A stretch of DNA of 64,000 nucleotides from Bispira polyomma (taxonomy: Eukaryota), in contig OZ287759.1 in NCBI GenBank assembly GCA_965649765.1, positions 6,882,001-6,946,000 on the forward strand, given 5' to 3'. The notes under the pieces are model-generated. The model searched no databases. It was not told the origin of the DNA and saw only the letters and a list, made by a program, of their open reading frames with translations. Numbering within the stretch: the first letter of the stretch is position 1; each line of letters begins with the position of its first letter. Made by a program: the position numbers and the translations under genes. Positions 1 to 13,561 of this stretch are shown piece after piece.

Positions 1-329
1 ATCACGTCTTACAGGGTGCGAGTGGAGGTTATAGAATTGATCATCAATTAAATAATATAATAATTGTTTTCATGTAGACAGCTTGCAATTGCAACTTGCG
101 TTTATAAATTTGATTTCCAGATTGAATTTTGACGCATCAATAAGCTAGGAATACACAAACAAACACACTTTTCTTTAATGTTCACAGGTATTGAATGTTT
201 AGTAGTATTCTTCAGATTAAAAAGCTGAAAGAATTTTATCAATTGGACCACAAATATAATAAATTATGGCCTTCAGAATAAAATACCATGATTGGTATAT
301 TACATATCTCCCACAGAACTATAACCGCA

Positions 330-1690
330 AGCCGTACTCGCAAGCTGTGCGCATGAAAACATACACTTACTATCTTCACTAAACTTTGCCAAATCACCTA
401 TCAAAAATTCCACTCAAACATCATTTCCAATCAAAATTAGTAAAATAACTGTTGACTTTAAGAAGGTTGCTCTCCCAAAGTTTTTAGAACTGCCTGTGTA
501 ACTCCTCTAATCAAATGGCCATAGTAAACCGAAGTAACCTACAATTACATACCCGTTTCACATCTGAGCTCTGCCTCAAAGTTGAAGAAGCAGGTAGACT
601 TTAAATAAATAAACACTCGTCCACAAACAATTTGGAAAACCCACACGATTCAACCTACTGAAACAGCACTACTGCAAATTAGCAACAATATCAACATGGT
701 CTTGTACAGAAACTGTGAAGTTGCCCTAACCCTTGACTTATCTGCGTTGTTTGACACAATTGATCACAAGATACTGCATGAATGTCTTAATTCTTAGTTT
801 GGTCTACCATACTCAGTCTCTCAATAAATTGAATCTCATCTAAACCGCCTTGATCAAGTTATCAGGAGCAGCAGAGCTGTATCACCTTCTTTTTTGATCT
901 CCCATTTGGTGTCCCACAAGATTATCTTCTTGGGGTCCTTTTTTTCACTGTACACAACACTACAATAATATTAGCTATCACTTTTCTGCAGTCGATGCAC
1001 ACATCTGCTGCTCTCTCAGCCTTAAACAATGTTCCCAGGTCCTAGTTTGGCTCTCTAGCTGCCTCACAACAATTGAATCCAAGATCGCAAATTCTAAATA
1101 GCACAAAAAAAAAAAAATAATCCTGACAAAAAATATTTTCTACTTGATTACTGTAACACACTAGTCTACATAATTGGAACGGGGCAAATAAACAAGCTGC
1201 AGAAAATTCCATACAATCTATTGTATGTCTAAAATTCCACTGGCTACCTATTTAGTTTTGTATCAAATTTTTAAGGTATTTCTCCTCATTTTTAAGACAA
1301 ACTAAGTGCATCAGCCTGTCTACTTATTATATTTATTGTCTCTCAAGAAATGTTACCAGAGGGAATCGTTTTTCCACCTCCAGTTTTTTCTCAAAATAAC
1401 TGGCTAGTTCACAATCATTCAAAGAAAGTGGCAGCACCTGCTGAGTGGAATAGTTTCCCTAATAGTCTTTACAATGAAACAAAGACTCCTGGCTTCAAAA
1501 CAAAGTCTCAAGCACATTTGAATGAACTCTCTTTTCAGCATTATCTTTTGTCTCCTGGTCAAGACTCAATTATGATCACAAACCTTTTTCCCCCTATGAG
1601 ACTATTCTTTTGCTTACTCATTTGGATGTGCACCACAGAGGATGTGTAGCCATCGATTGTGGTGCTATAGAAGTAAAACCATTACTGGCG
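330..1690 (+). mobile_element. Decayed L2/CR1-type LINE RT fragment
   Basis: Broken RT motifs: ctactgaaacagcactact (STETALL-like, ~655), cttgacttatctgc..tttgacacaattgatcac (LDLSAxFDTIDH, ~732), ggtgtcccacaag (GVPQ, ~909). ORF 1350-1649 resembles a LINE C-terminus (AAPAEWNSFP). Confidence 0.7.
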
Positions 1691-3460
1691 TTTGTTCATG
1701 CCTGTGACATCCCAGTTAAAAATATATTTCTCCAAAGGATTACAGTGTCTTTCAGTATCAAGACTGGTTAAACCAACAAAAGATACAATTTATTTGCCTA
1801 ATTACAAAAGAATAAAAGCCCATATGAGCAATACCTAGAATGTATGTTCTAAGTTTGTGTATCCACGGATGTAGATAAGATATTTATACATCAACAACAA
1901 AGGTGTCCTTTCTGTCATATAGTTTGCTTTCTAAGATTACGCACATCGTATCTTGACTATATATCTTATCATATACACATGTGTGTCTATAATAAGATGT
2001 ATAATTTTTTATTCAAATACTATCATGTTATAATACTGATATATTACTTCTTTCGTTCAAAAATGCCTTTCTTCTGTGACATATATAATTTTATCCACTC
2101 TAGTTATATTTTGCTATTACAAGGCTTTCTACATTGATTTATTAATTTCGTCTCTTTTTCTAGTACAGTAACCCCACTCCAACCCCAAAGAAATGAAGCT
2201 TTTAACCTATGCCCATGAAATAGTTATTGACAAATATCTCGAGATTCATCCTGTATTTAAGAATAACACTGGCTTCGTCTTTTTTCATCAATATGTCAGA
2301 TTTTATTGTTATTACTAGAAGCCAGTTTGTGAATAGGAAGACTAGTCACAGAAGAGGACAATGGTGCTCTCTGCAAAAAATCCAATACGAACAGAAGCAG
2401 ATATCTAAAAGCAATGACAACTTAACCCGCTTGAATCCCAAGACAAAAACTATTGGCAGGAACTGAACAAACTTTTTGGGAAAAAATATGTTGCAGTTAA
2501 TAGTTGCGGTCACTAAAACATGCACCAATAACAGAGCTTGTGTTTATTTTTTTTTAAAATATGGGATTCTATTGGACTAACAATTTTCTAGTGCGAAAAA
2601 ATAATGGAAAATGAAAGAATATCTTTGGGGTGTTTTGATTACTTGTCGACATAGATTCTGGAAGTAACAAATGATGTTGGCTGCGAGTCAATAACTGAGA
2701 TTTTTTCTGCAAGGGTTAAAAATAATAGTCATTCATGTCTTGTTGGATAGAAAAAAAAGTCTTGTAATCAACACCTAAAATTCTGTGAAACAGAAAGCAA
2801 AAAGAAATAAGGCCATGGATGTTTTTTGGTTTTTGGTTACCGTTTAGAGAATATATTTGATAAAAACATCTTTGCACAAGGGTTTTTACTAATTGCATAT
2901 GTATAAAGAGACAATTATATCTTATATCCATTAAAAAGTAATGTGTCTGGAACATGCTAAATATTTATGTCATACATATTATTTATACATTTAAATGGGG
3001 GCATTTGTTCCACATAAATAAAATATGTAACTATTTGTAGCATAAAAAAGATATTGATATCCTCCTATTTGTATGTTTGTTTAATCAATATAGTAAGTGG
3101 TTAATGTTACTATTTTCTACCATGGTGGCTATAATTTGCTTTCTGTAATCATTAAAGTTCTTGGTTGTTTATTTTAGTCATTAAAAGTAAACATAAGCAC
3201 ATTTACCTCCTAATTTAGTTACTTAGCTCTTTGTCAATACAGTTTTAGTGGTTGGACAGCGAGGAAATAAACTCCGACACATAGACTATTGATATCCATT
3301 ATACACCATTATAAATACAACTTTATGTGTATTTTAACAAAGAAAAAATGTATATAACTAAAGAATTATGTCATCTCTTGTGTTTAACAAAAATTGTTAG
3401 ATCTAAAGGTTAGAGCAATGTATTTTAAACATTTAAAGAACATCACAAAAACATGATCTT

Positions 3461-3660
3461 CCGTGGACCAGTGGTTAGATAGTGGGTCTGGTGACCACAA
3501 GGTTCTCAGTGCTACTCACACTGGGGAGGTTGGTCTGGTGATCGAAAGGTCAACTTGGTTCAACTCTCGCTAATGCTGCTGCCAGCTTAATTTATCTACT
3601 AATGATGACCCAGACTTTGTTGAAGGACTATTCCTTTCGCCGAATGAGCAGCTGATATAT
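3461..3660 (+). mobile_element. Degenerate tRNA-derived SINE
   Basis: A-box-like gtggaccagtggttag and B-box-like ggttcaactctc; head similar to the minus-strand copy near 7840. Confidence 0.45.
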
Positions 3661-3919
3661 TAATTGGGGGCTATATGAATATTTCAATATTAATAATATT
3701 TGATCATTTTCGTACACTATAACAATTAAGAAAGTGACAAATTGTTTCAAATAATAAGTAAAAACTTTTGCAGAAAATAATTCTGCCGAGAGAATCTTGG
3801 GCCACATTAATATAATAGGTCTTAGTCTTGGCTTGGCTTTAGTGCCAGTAACAGTAAGCTATAGGGTATTTTGCTTAGTCATAATAACTTTGTACTTTGT
3901 ACAGTAAAACTAACTCTTA

Positions 3920-4165
3920 GGGGCCGCGGTGGCCTAGTGGTTAGCAAGCATTGCGCTTCACAATCACTGGTCTCTCACCTCTGGGCGGCGTGAGTTCAAT
4001 TCCCGTTGATGCCTATGTGGGAAAGGTGGTAGTTCCTTACTGTGGGCCGCTGGTTTCAGTGCAGAACCTTGATCAACTGTATGCAGTGTTTCCAACTACC
4101 CGTCCCAATATAACCTAAACAGGTACTAGAGTAGACGTTAAATATCCAAATTCAAAAAAAATTCC
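3920..4165 (+). mobile_element. tRNA-derived SINE family A, copy 1
   Basis: A box tggcctagtgg, B box gagttcaattcc, A-rich tail. Near-identical to 6187-6440 and 33088-33330. aaaactaact on both flanks (TSD-like). Confidence 0.9.
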
Positions 4166-4216
4166 AAAACTAACTGTGGGTAGTCATTGAAGTTTTAAAC
4201 ATATATGTTAAACTTA

Positions 4217-4520
4217 AGTCCACGTCTCCACAAGTACAATTTTCGCCGAACCATGTACAATGGTAATTTGTTTTCTCCTTATAAGTTGTATACAACTGTC
4301 TCCACAGTGATTTGTTTCCTCCTTATAAGTTATGTACAACTGTCTCCACACACACATGACCCCACTGTACTATTTGCGATTGCGATAAAAACAATTCGCT
4401 TCTGGAGAAAACTTTTCATATTGAACAGAAACATCGCACAGAAGTGGTGTCATCAACAATATTAAATCTATTAAAAATCTTGTAACCCCATACTAAATCA
4501 CATTTGTGGAGACATGAACC
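4217..4520. mobile_element. MITE-like element
   Basis: Imperfect terminal inverted repeats gtccacgtctccacaa / ttgtggagacatgaac, plus an internal ~43 bp tandem duplication. Confidence 0.5.
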
Positions 4521-4904
4521 ACAATATTTATCGCAAATGGTACGATCGAGATGGTACTTGTAAAAATGTACACTAACACTTTGTTTGTAAATAGAGCCTT
4601 TATTGTGGTATATAATTCCAATACCCTAAATCCCAATCATTTACACATTCACACAGTTTATAACAAATGAGGGGGTAATGTTTTTAAAATTAATTTATTT
4701 TACCTAAAATATCTATTATTTTTTTAACATTCTAATTCAACTTATTTCATATGGTTCAAAATACTAATATCAGGAAAACTATGTCATTACCAACAATATT
4801 ATCTACATCTTTTTACTATGTTTCCAAAACCAGTATCTACAGAACATTACATTAGTTTTAAAGCTGTTATCTTTCAACAGCCCCCATTTGTTGTTATTTA
4901 TTTT

Positions 4905-5765
4905 TCCTTTGGTAACCTCAAAGGTTGAAAGATATTTTCTCTTTTGTTTCTCCTAAACACGCTTAGAGGGCTGGGTCCAGAGTTTTCTCACAGTCGTTTA
5001 AGTTTAATAAGTGATAATGGAGGTCAAGTTAACTTTGACCTTGAAGTTGTGGCCTTCCAGGTTATGAGCTATATGTAAGTGATGAAGTCAGATGCGGTTT
5101 GGGATATTTATTTCTATCTACTTGTCTCTTATTTACAACTGTACAATAAAATTTTGTATATAAAATTTTTAAAATGCCACTACGGCTACATAATAACATA
5201 AAAAACACCAGACAGTAACAAAGTATGACTGATAAATAGGGCGAAATACAACCCTTTATAAAGTATATTGGGCGAGAAACACAACCCGTTAAGAAGCATG
5301 TAAAGTGCTTAAAAGATAAAGTTTTTGTCAACAATATCATTAGTTGACATACAATTAATAAGTTTAAAAGTTAATACATAGGAGAAATTATGGTTCATAA
5401 GGGAAGATTTAGAAGAATTAATTTGTAAAAGAATAGGAGCTCGAAACGCTGGGCACCGATTCGCCTGCAGAGAATCCCGCTTCACAGAGCTCTTTTTCAA
5501 CCCTGGAACCCTAAACGTGAACTCAGAGGAGGGGTAAGAAAGGGGATTCTCCACATGGTTAATGAGCTCCGTCTAAGGTCAAAAATTCTCGAAAATTATA
5601 TTGATTAGTAGATGTGTTTTAAGAAGGGAAGTGGGAAGGGAAAATTTTCAATGTTGCCTTAATGACTTGCAACTAAATAATGCCAAAGTAGAGGAAAAGG
5701 CGGGAATCGACTTATAATTAAGGAATCTGATAGGTTGTGAACCATAAGTGTTCTACACTATGATT
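4905..5765 (-). mobile_element. ORF-less derivative of the YR-retrotransposon family (promoter block, hairpin, palindromic motifs)
   Basis: Minus strand reads attataag..ttcccgcc..ttgcaagtcattaaggcaaca..ttcccacttccc, matching the 13220-13320 block (ttcccgcc..ttgaagtcaacaaggcaaca..tttcccaccctc). A GC-rich fold-back (5436-5570) follows, then ggtaacct and aggtcaagttaactttgacct palindromes at 4910-5045. Confidence 0.55.
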
Positions 5766-6186
5766 GGTGTGACTTGGTAAACAATTTTAAGGAGGTAAAT
5801 ATTACAGTAAAATGCTTAAACTTCGTGACTGACTTGCCATACTTGCGAGCAGTGACTATAAATTGCTGCCCCCATGTTATGGAATAGTCTTCCAGCAAAA
5901 CTTAGATCACTAGAAACATTGAATGTAAGAAGAACTAAAACCTGTCTCTTTAAACCCACTCACCCTTAGCTGTCTGTCTGCGAATGATCCTTATAATTTG
6001 GATATGTGTTTTATTTTGCTTCTGGATTGATTAATTGATCTAATACATATAATACAATAAAATTTCTAGAAAAAATCCTTCTGTTATTATCTGAAATATA
6101 ATTATAAAGTGTAAGAAAAGTACTCCTCATTTTGGTGAATACATATATATATATATGAGGTTATAGAGAATTGACTCGTGTATGTA

Positions 6187-6440
6187 GGGGCCCCGGTGGC
6201 CTAGTGGGTAGCAAACATCACACCTCACAATCACTGGTCTCTCACCTCTGGGGATCGGCTGAGTGGGTTTGACTCCCGTCGATGCCTATGTGGAAAAGGT
6301 GGTAGTTCCTTACTGTGGGCCGCTGGTTTCAGTGCAGAACCTTGATCAACTGTATGCAGTGTTTCCTCCAATGTTTCCAACTACCCATCCAAACATAACC
6401 TAAACAGGACTAGAGTGGATGTTAAATATCCTAATTCAAA
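6187..6440 (+). mobile_element. tRNA-derived SINE family A, copy 2
   Basis: Aligns along its length with 3920-4165. Confidence 0.9.
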
Positions 6441-7559
6441 GACGCATGCATGTAATAATTTAGGCATTGGAAGATGTTTAAAGTGCTAAATTAATTACAC
6501 ATGTGCTAAGGCACTAATTACTCAAAAAAGTGACAGTCCATCAACACAAAAAGGCTATCACTAGAAAAATACCTCACCATAAAGCAATTAAGGATGATAG
6601 ATAGTCTTAAACAAGAGTTGCCATTTAAAAAAGGCACATGTACACAGTGTGAAATACACCTACGTTGGCCACTTACACTCGGATTAGGCAAATCTGACAC
6701 TCCTTCCCAGTTTGGACAGGTCCATTGCTTCCTACTAATGCATGAAGGCCTCACATATTATTTCAAACATGGTATGCTGAAATATTTGAAATAGTATGTA
6801 CATGTAGTTTTGATTTTTGTATATTTTTTTTACATCTTCATATTTTTGGGGGACATAATATTTCTTTTTTAATTCTGTACATTTTACTTGTCCTTTCTGT
6901 GTTTTGCTTTCCCTTTATGGTACAATGTCTATGTCATGTGGATTTGTAGTTATATTTTCGGATTTTGATAAAATAAAGAAAAAAATATCTATTACCTGTA
7001 GAATGTTTAACCAAACAATATTGTAATTTTCACGTTGAGAAACCTGCAATAAAAAAAAGTGTGATTAGAATGACAAAATGAAAAAAATAACCATGGCGGA
7101 GCTTTCTCACATGGCATGGATAAAACAGATTGTGGGTGTGTGATCAAATAATGTATTATCCCTATAATATAAAACACATGGGCTACAAATTAGAGGGGAT
7201 TTTGTAAGAAAGATAGTCATTGAATGGCTTAAGTTTATGAAAAAGGTTTGCTTGTCCTATTTCTATAGTAGAATTCTTGTGTGGTATTTGTTAATTATGT
7301 GTACAAGGCATGAGTAAGGGGGGTCAGTAAGTGAAATGAAGGAGAAAGGGGTTTAAAGTGGGGGGTGGAGGGGTGGAGGCTAGCAGCAAAATACACACAT
7401 GAAATAGATAAATGGGAGAGACCTGTTCTTACAAGGCATTCACTGGTATTCTGCTCATTAGCACTACTCAGAAACAGCTAGCCTTGCTTTGATGCTATCA
7501 TGTATTTTGTATTCAAATTTATACTCAGAGCATACGATATTGTATTCACAGCACTAATT

Positions 7560-7845
7560 AACCCTTCCCTGACTGTAGCAATGAACGGCTTCAGTTACTG
7601 CCAGTCCCTAAGTGAAGAAAGAGGCTTGAGGATGACCATGTATTAACATGCCCAAGGATCATTAGCCTGCCACAGGTGTGGTGATAGGACCACTATTTCT
7701 AAAGTGGTCATCTGAGCCACTTGGCAAACATATGTACACATCTTGGCCAAAGATGTTGTCCCACTAATAAAAGCCGGTATCTGGAGCAAAACCCAAGACC
7801 TTCTGATCACCAGACCAGCTCCCTAACCACTAGGCCATGGGAGAC
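7560..7845 (-). mobile_element. Degenerate tRNA-derived SINE
   Basis: Minus strand begins tggcctagtggttagggagctggtctggtgatcagaaggtc, like the 3461 head. Confidence 0.5.
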
Positions 7846-9720
7846 CATGATGCCATGATTTAACCTACGTTCCCATGTATGTTAAGATCGCAAAATCGGT
7901 CAAAGTTGTTGTTCTCATATAAAAGTAACGTAGCACATAACATCTATTTTAACTGTGTGGTGTTTTGATATTTTTTTACATGTCATTTTAATAGGTATTT
8001 TGGGACACATATAATACATATAGCAGTGTGTAAAATAAAAAGGAAAATGATTAATAATAGGATATGCTTTAAAAACCTGATACTATTCGTATACAGCAAA
8101 GAGGTCCCGCATTTTCATTTTTCCGCTTCATTTTATCATTTTTTTAGCCCTGACCTTCCCGACTTTGAAATTGGACCCATCTCGCTGATCGAACTTGATA
8201 GTGTAATCACCATTTTAAAAAATCAGTTAAGTTACCATTTCCTAAAAGAAAAAGTCTTTTGTATTATTCATTTATGTGCATTAAGGGAACATATTTAAAA
8301 TGTACACGTTTTTTTTGAAGTTGTGTAGTGTATATAATATCTTCATATATGCTGGATCAATACTCGTATTATGTCACGATAGAAAGGCTTCACCACCTAG
8401 GAATTGTTTACAAATTTTACTTTCCTACATAGATTTTCAAATTATGGGACGTCACAATACAAGATTTGTTATACTATTATGTTAATCATTTTGCAATGAA
8501 ATATTAAACTTTTAAAAGCTTTGTGCTTAAAACTGTTGTTAAACATCCATTTCATGGCCACAGTAGTGGGTATAAAGCCAAAAAGAAAATTTGAAAATGT
8601 AGCATATCATCTCCGCAGCGCAGTTTTGTGTTAACATTCATAGCCCCTTAAAGTTGCTTTAAACTGATACGATCCTATAATGGTGGTCTGATTCAATGGT
8701 GGATGAAACCAGTGCTGGAGTACCTGACAAGCTTTGCCACATTAAGGAACAAACAGGATTACTGGGTATAAAATAGTAATCTTTTTTCTGACGAAGTGAA
8801 GCCTGTAACAATGTTATGTTAATGTCTTTACTTCTATAGTGCCATAGCAATTGATTGCAAGTCATCGTCTGTGGCCCACATTCCAATCAGTAAAGAAAGT
8901 AATAGTCAGATAGGTTCATGATCACAGTTCAGTCACACGCCAACAGGAGATGGAAGCTCAGGGGAAAAGCAAGTTTAATATCATTTTTATACAAACAGTG
9001 ATTTGAAATTTTTCAGATTTGGTTTCATTTTTTGATTCACCAAGGGGATTCTCTTGTGAAGACCTATTGAAATCAGATTGATTAAGTAAGCTCTAAACTT
9101 GACACTAGATCCATGAAAATGTGGATGCTGGGTAGTGGTATTCTTAGGTTTAGTTTTGGCACAATTTGTACAACTACACCACTGAGGCCATATGGATATT
9201 CTTTAGAAACCATCTGGATGGATTAGCACAACTTGTTCATTATTATGAGCTGTCCGTGTGGTCGGTGGTGTTAGGTGTACAGAACAGTCAGTTCTTTTTA
9301 TGTCTAGTGCTGTCTGGTGATGGGTTTAAAAGACATAAATAGACACTCATCAATTTTTTTGTGAAATAAAAGACTGTTTATTATAAACTTTACATCAGTA
9401 AAAAGTCCAAGTATATTGACTCACAGCAAACAAACTGGTAGACAAAAAATATTCTAAGCATCAATAATTGCATTTGTATCCCATTTTGTAGGTAGAAACT
9501 GACTCCTAAATGCGAAGCAAATTTGTTCAGAGAATATGTGGTAATTTCAAAGATGTCATTCAAGACGGTCCAAAGTCTTACAAATGTATATTATAGAGAC
9601 TCCATTCAATGATATTCTGTTGAATAGGCTATACAAACTATGTTTTAAAGGATGGTATTTTTTACACAAATCTTTATTATGTGTTGGCATCAATAGACAT
9701 TACTTTTTCCGTATTAAGAA

Positions 9721-12700
9721 TGCGGGGTAGACCCACAGGGGATAGCGATTTCAGTGCTACCAGTATTTTGTTAAACTTACCTCTGGGGTAATAACCCTTG
9801 AACTCGGCTCTTTAATTGGATAACTCTGTACTAATTAAACCTCAGTTTTCCTGCTCTTCTCTAGATTTACCACTTGCATTATTGAAGTCAAATAGGCAAC
9901 AACACCATCTTTAATATTTTTACTTTTTTAGCTTGTGACATTTTATTTGACATGATCTGTTTTGATATGTATGTGATGATACCAAATAATAGGCTGAACG
10001 GTTCATCTGAATGTGCTTCACACTACTGAAGAATCTATTGCTGTGTTCCAGTGTTTTAACTTACACTTTGAGTATTGCGAATATATTCTGGTTTGATTTT
10101 ATCATACAATCCTAGAAAAGTGTTCCTATACATAATACTCAAATATCACAGCAGCGAGTTCTTTTCTGTGTTATTCAGAGGCAATGGCCCCTAGAAAACT
10201 TTGTGATTGCCACAAATTTGAACGAGTCACGAAAAACCATTTAATGACAACTGTAAAGTGGCTAATAGTTCTGAACCAGCAAATCATGAGCTCTGTGCAT
10301 TAAGTGGTCGTATGACCCAGGTCGAGCAGAAAGTTTATTACAGCAAACATGAAACCCAGGTCATGAAGGAAACTTTGAGTCTGGAGAGTGAAGTACAGTT
10401 CATACAAGAGCAGCAGACATTACCCACTGCTACCCACGCTTGAGACTTCACAAACTGTTTGGGTGAAGCATAAAGTTGCATGGTCACAGAGTTTTATTAT
10501 AGGGGGACAGAATAAATCTAGAGTGTTATATGATTCACTCTCTATGGCGCAATGAGTGTCTGGCTTTGCAAGCATTGCTAGAGAGGAAAGTAATGTAGAC
10601 ACTAAAAACCAAATGTTGGACTATCTTACAGATCTTATAGAGGATTCTCATGATTTTTCTTAGGCCTTGGCTAAGGTCAGTCATGCCGTAGTCATTTGTA
10701 AGATGGAAGAGGGGAAAATCACCTGAGGGATGCCCATAAGCTGTAGAATTAGACAGGCTCACGCCCAAAAGGTTATAACCCAAACTCAAACCACTAGCAA
10801 TTATCAAACCAACCCAGGAAAAGTCATGAGAAATCGAACCCATGCAGATACTTCCAAAAAGGTACTTTCCCCCAGAAACGGGATCACGAAATCAAAAGTT
10901 GTTGCTTATGGTCGTACATGTAGTCAGTGTTTTTAAAATGGACGTTCATACCCACCTCCTGCAAAGGATTGCAGGAAGGATCCAGTAAATAACGAGTAAG
11001 GCATTACAGCAATGCAGTGCCAGTCTATGTATCTTCTAAGCCAGAAACAGTCAATAATTTGGTTGTGTTTAAATCTGTAAACAATCTAATTAATTTCCAA
11101 AGTAGAACTGTGTATAATAGTCCTTGTATTGCTCAGGGCAGTAGACACTGGAGGGCTGAGTTAGCCAAATTCGAAAATAAGTCATATGCAGAAGTTGTGA
11201 AAAAAGTGTATCCTCTAGTAGTGCTGCCAGTAATGTTGTTTGTGTACAAAGTTGTAATGTCAAAGGAACGCACCAAGGCGTCTATTCCCCATGAACATCC
11301 AGAAGTTTGATATATTGAAGTTGACCAAGCAAAACACGACTCAGGGCCCAAAGCAAATTTCAATACACTCACAAAAGCCCCCTATAATTCCTACAATGAC
11401 CACAGAGCCAGTGAGGTTAAAATCCCTCACCAAACATCAACAAACCCAGTTTCACAATGCACAAAGGGTAGTACACAACGGTAACCTGTTTATAACACCT
11501 CTAAGCTCCAACAAATGGTTAGGGTGAAAAAAGGATGGCCACAAAGGTGTTAATAGTTCTGTCATAAAGGTGGTTAATACCCATTCACACCAGGAAGTAC
11601 AATGGGATGTGCCCACCTGCAATTGGTTCACCCTAACAGGTAATACAGATGCCCAAGGCAAATGCAACCAAGGTCAAGGCCCAAAAATACCCTCACGTAG
11701 TACTGTGGGATTCAATGCGGACTTATAGCTCAAACTACAGATAAGTATGGCTTTATTCCCTTGGCTGAACTGTATGTACCAAAACAGATAAACACTTAAA
11801 GTCGGACATGTCACTGTTGAAATTACACAGTGTTATCAAAAACCAGAATTGCCCAAATTATTACCAAATCTCTATATTTCTCCCTTTATGACCAGGTAAA
11901 ACCTAGAACTGTGCAGATATAGTTCCTTTTATTTATGTAATTTCATGTTACTACACTTTTGTCTGCCATTCGGATTTTGCCATGGAAGCACAATCTTTCA
12001 GCAATTGGGCGACGCTGTCAGATATATCATGAAACGTCAGGGACATAACGTCACCAATTATATCAACAACGTAATCGAATATGTGATGTCACAGAGAGTA
12101 AACATTCATTTGACACTTTGCACAAATTACTTCAGAAAATACGTTTTACAATTAGAAAAAACTCATCCGAGCACCACGGTTCTTTACCTTGGAGTCTAAG
12201 TATGAACACAATGGACTTAGCAGTCTCACTGCCAGAAGAAAAACAGAAGTGCAAGACTGTTACTACAAAAACCGTTGTAAAAAACGTGAATTACAGGTCT
12301 CACAGGTGTTTCTAAACCGAATGTTGGACTACTATGAGAAGTGGGTGCCACTCAAAAAATACAACTTTATCCTGAATTCCATAAGGACGTTAATTGGTTT
12401 AGAAAATTCTTACCTAAATTCAATGGCAAAACTTTCTTCGAGTACAAACCTACTACAGGCTATATACAATTAGACACCTGCCTTCAAGATATAGGAGGTT
12501 GATGTAATTGACACCAAAGTTAGGAACAATTATGCTCAAATACTGAGGTGCTTAGGGCTTCACTAATCAAACATTTGCTTCCACACTTTCCGACATTGCC
12601 AGGTGTTACATTTGCATTTAATAGTAATGTTCCAAATTCAAGACATCCAAAGTTATGGCACCTGGACGTTGGAGTGTTTGTCGAAGTATATTGTTCAGGA

Positions 12701-13020
12701 CCACAATGGATCCGAGCATGTGGCACTTACCTTCAAAACCCTTCTTTTCCATCCTACTACTTCATAATTGGGCTTTGGGGCTTTATTTACATACATCATA
12801 TACAAATAATATATACTTAAATGTTAAATATAATTTTTTTGGGCCACCTTAGCACCTTATTTTATTTTAATCATTTATACATACATCTGGTAAGATGACC
12901 TTAATTTCAAACTGTAAATTCAATTTAGGATAACCTTAGTATCTTAACTTAAACTAAGTTTAAGGGTTCACTTTCTGATCTCCTTAAACCCCTGGTGACC
13001 TTAGTCTTTCAGTATGTATA
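9721..13020 (+). mobile_element. Decayed, internally deleted Ngaro-like YR retrotransposon (element 1)
   Basis: 5' terminus tgcggggtag..ttcagtgc shared with 63681. Gag remnants at 10184-10998 (MAPRKLC, AHAQK), RT remnant CLPFGFCHGSTIFQQLGDAVRYIMK (ORF 11945), YR remnant HxFRxxxxTFAFNSNV..HGTWT (12580-12720). Confidence 0.85.
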
Positions 13021-13561
13021 TAGTGTAGTGTAACCAACTTATATTCCCAACGGCTATGGTTCTTACTGTGTTATCTCCAACTTTAAGGCCACAATAGGGC
13101 ACTGTGCAAGGTAGCCCGGAGGGGCTAGTAGTGTCAGTGCTAGAAAGGGTCTTTTAAAAAACTATTCTGGTCTGCATGACCTCAATGCCCATTGGCTCTC
13201 ATTAACTCAATTACACAGCTAATTCCCGCCAAATAGCCTAAGGGGTTCACTTTTACAATTGAAGTCAACAAGGCAACACGCCATTTTAAGATATCCTAAT
13301 TTTGTTTCCCACCCTCATCCCCTACTCACTCCTTTCAGTTGGCTATAGCGTCATCTGGGAGCAAATTGCAGAAGGTGTGGTCCCGGTTCTCTCCCTTTAT
13401 GCCCTTAGGCGCAGGGAGTGCAAGGGGGTGCCGGGGTGAGGCTTCGACCTGTCAGCAACATAGCTTAGTGTAGTGTAACCAACTTAGAATAAAACTAATA
13501 TTCCCAACGGCTATGGTTCTTACTGTGTTATCTCCAACTTTAAGGCCACAATAGGGCACTG
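13021..13561 (+). repeat. Near-identical direct repeats 13021-13104 and 13466-13561 enclosing an element-5'-end copy and a long hairpin
   Basis: tagtgtagtgtaaccaactta..tattcccaacggctatggttc..ggccacaatagggcactg occurs twice; the second copy has a 12 nt insertion. tgcaaggtag..gtcagtgc at 13105 matches the family 5' terminus. Confidence 0.9.

Noticed and set aside
2227-2466. Short ORFs at the window start (also 8659-8886)
   Set aside because: No recognisable domain or convincing exon chain.
3920-4010. tRNA genes at the SINE heads (also 6187, 33088, ~41230)
   Set aside because: A/B boxes continue into a shared body, tail and TSD-like flanks; no complete cloverleaf.
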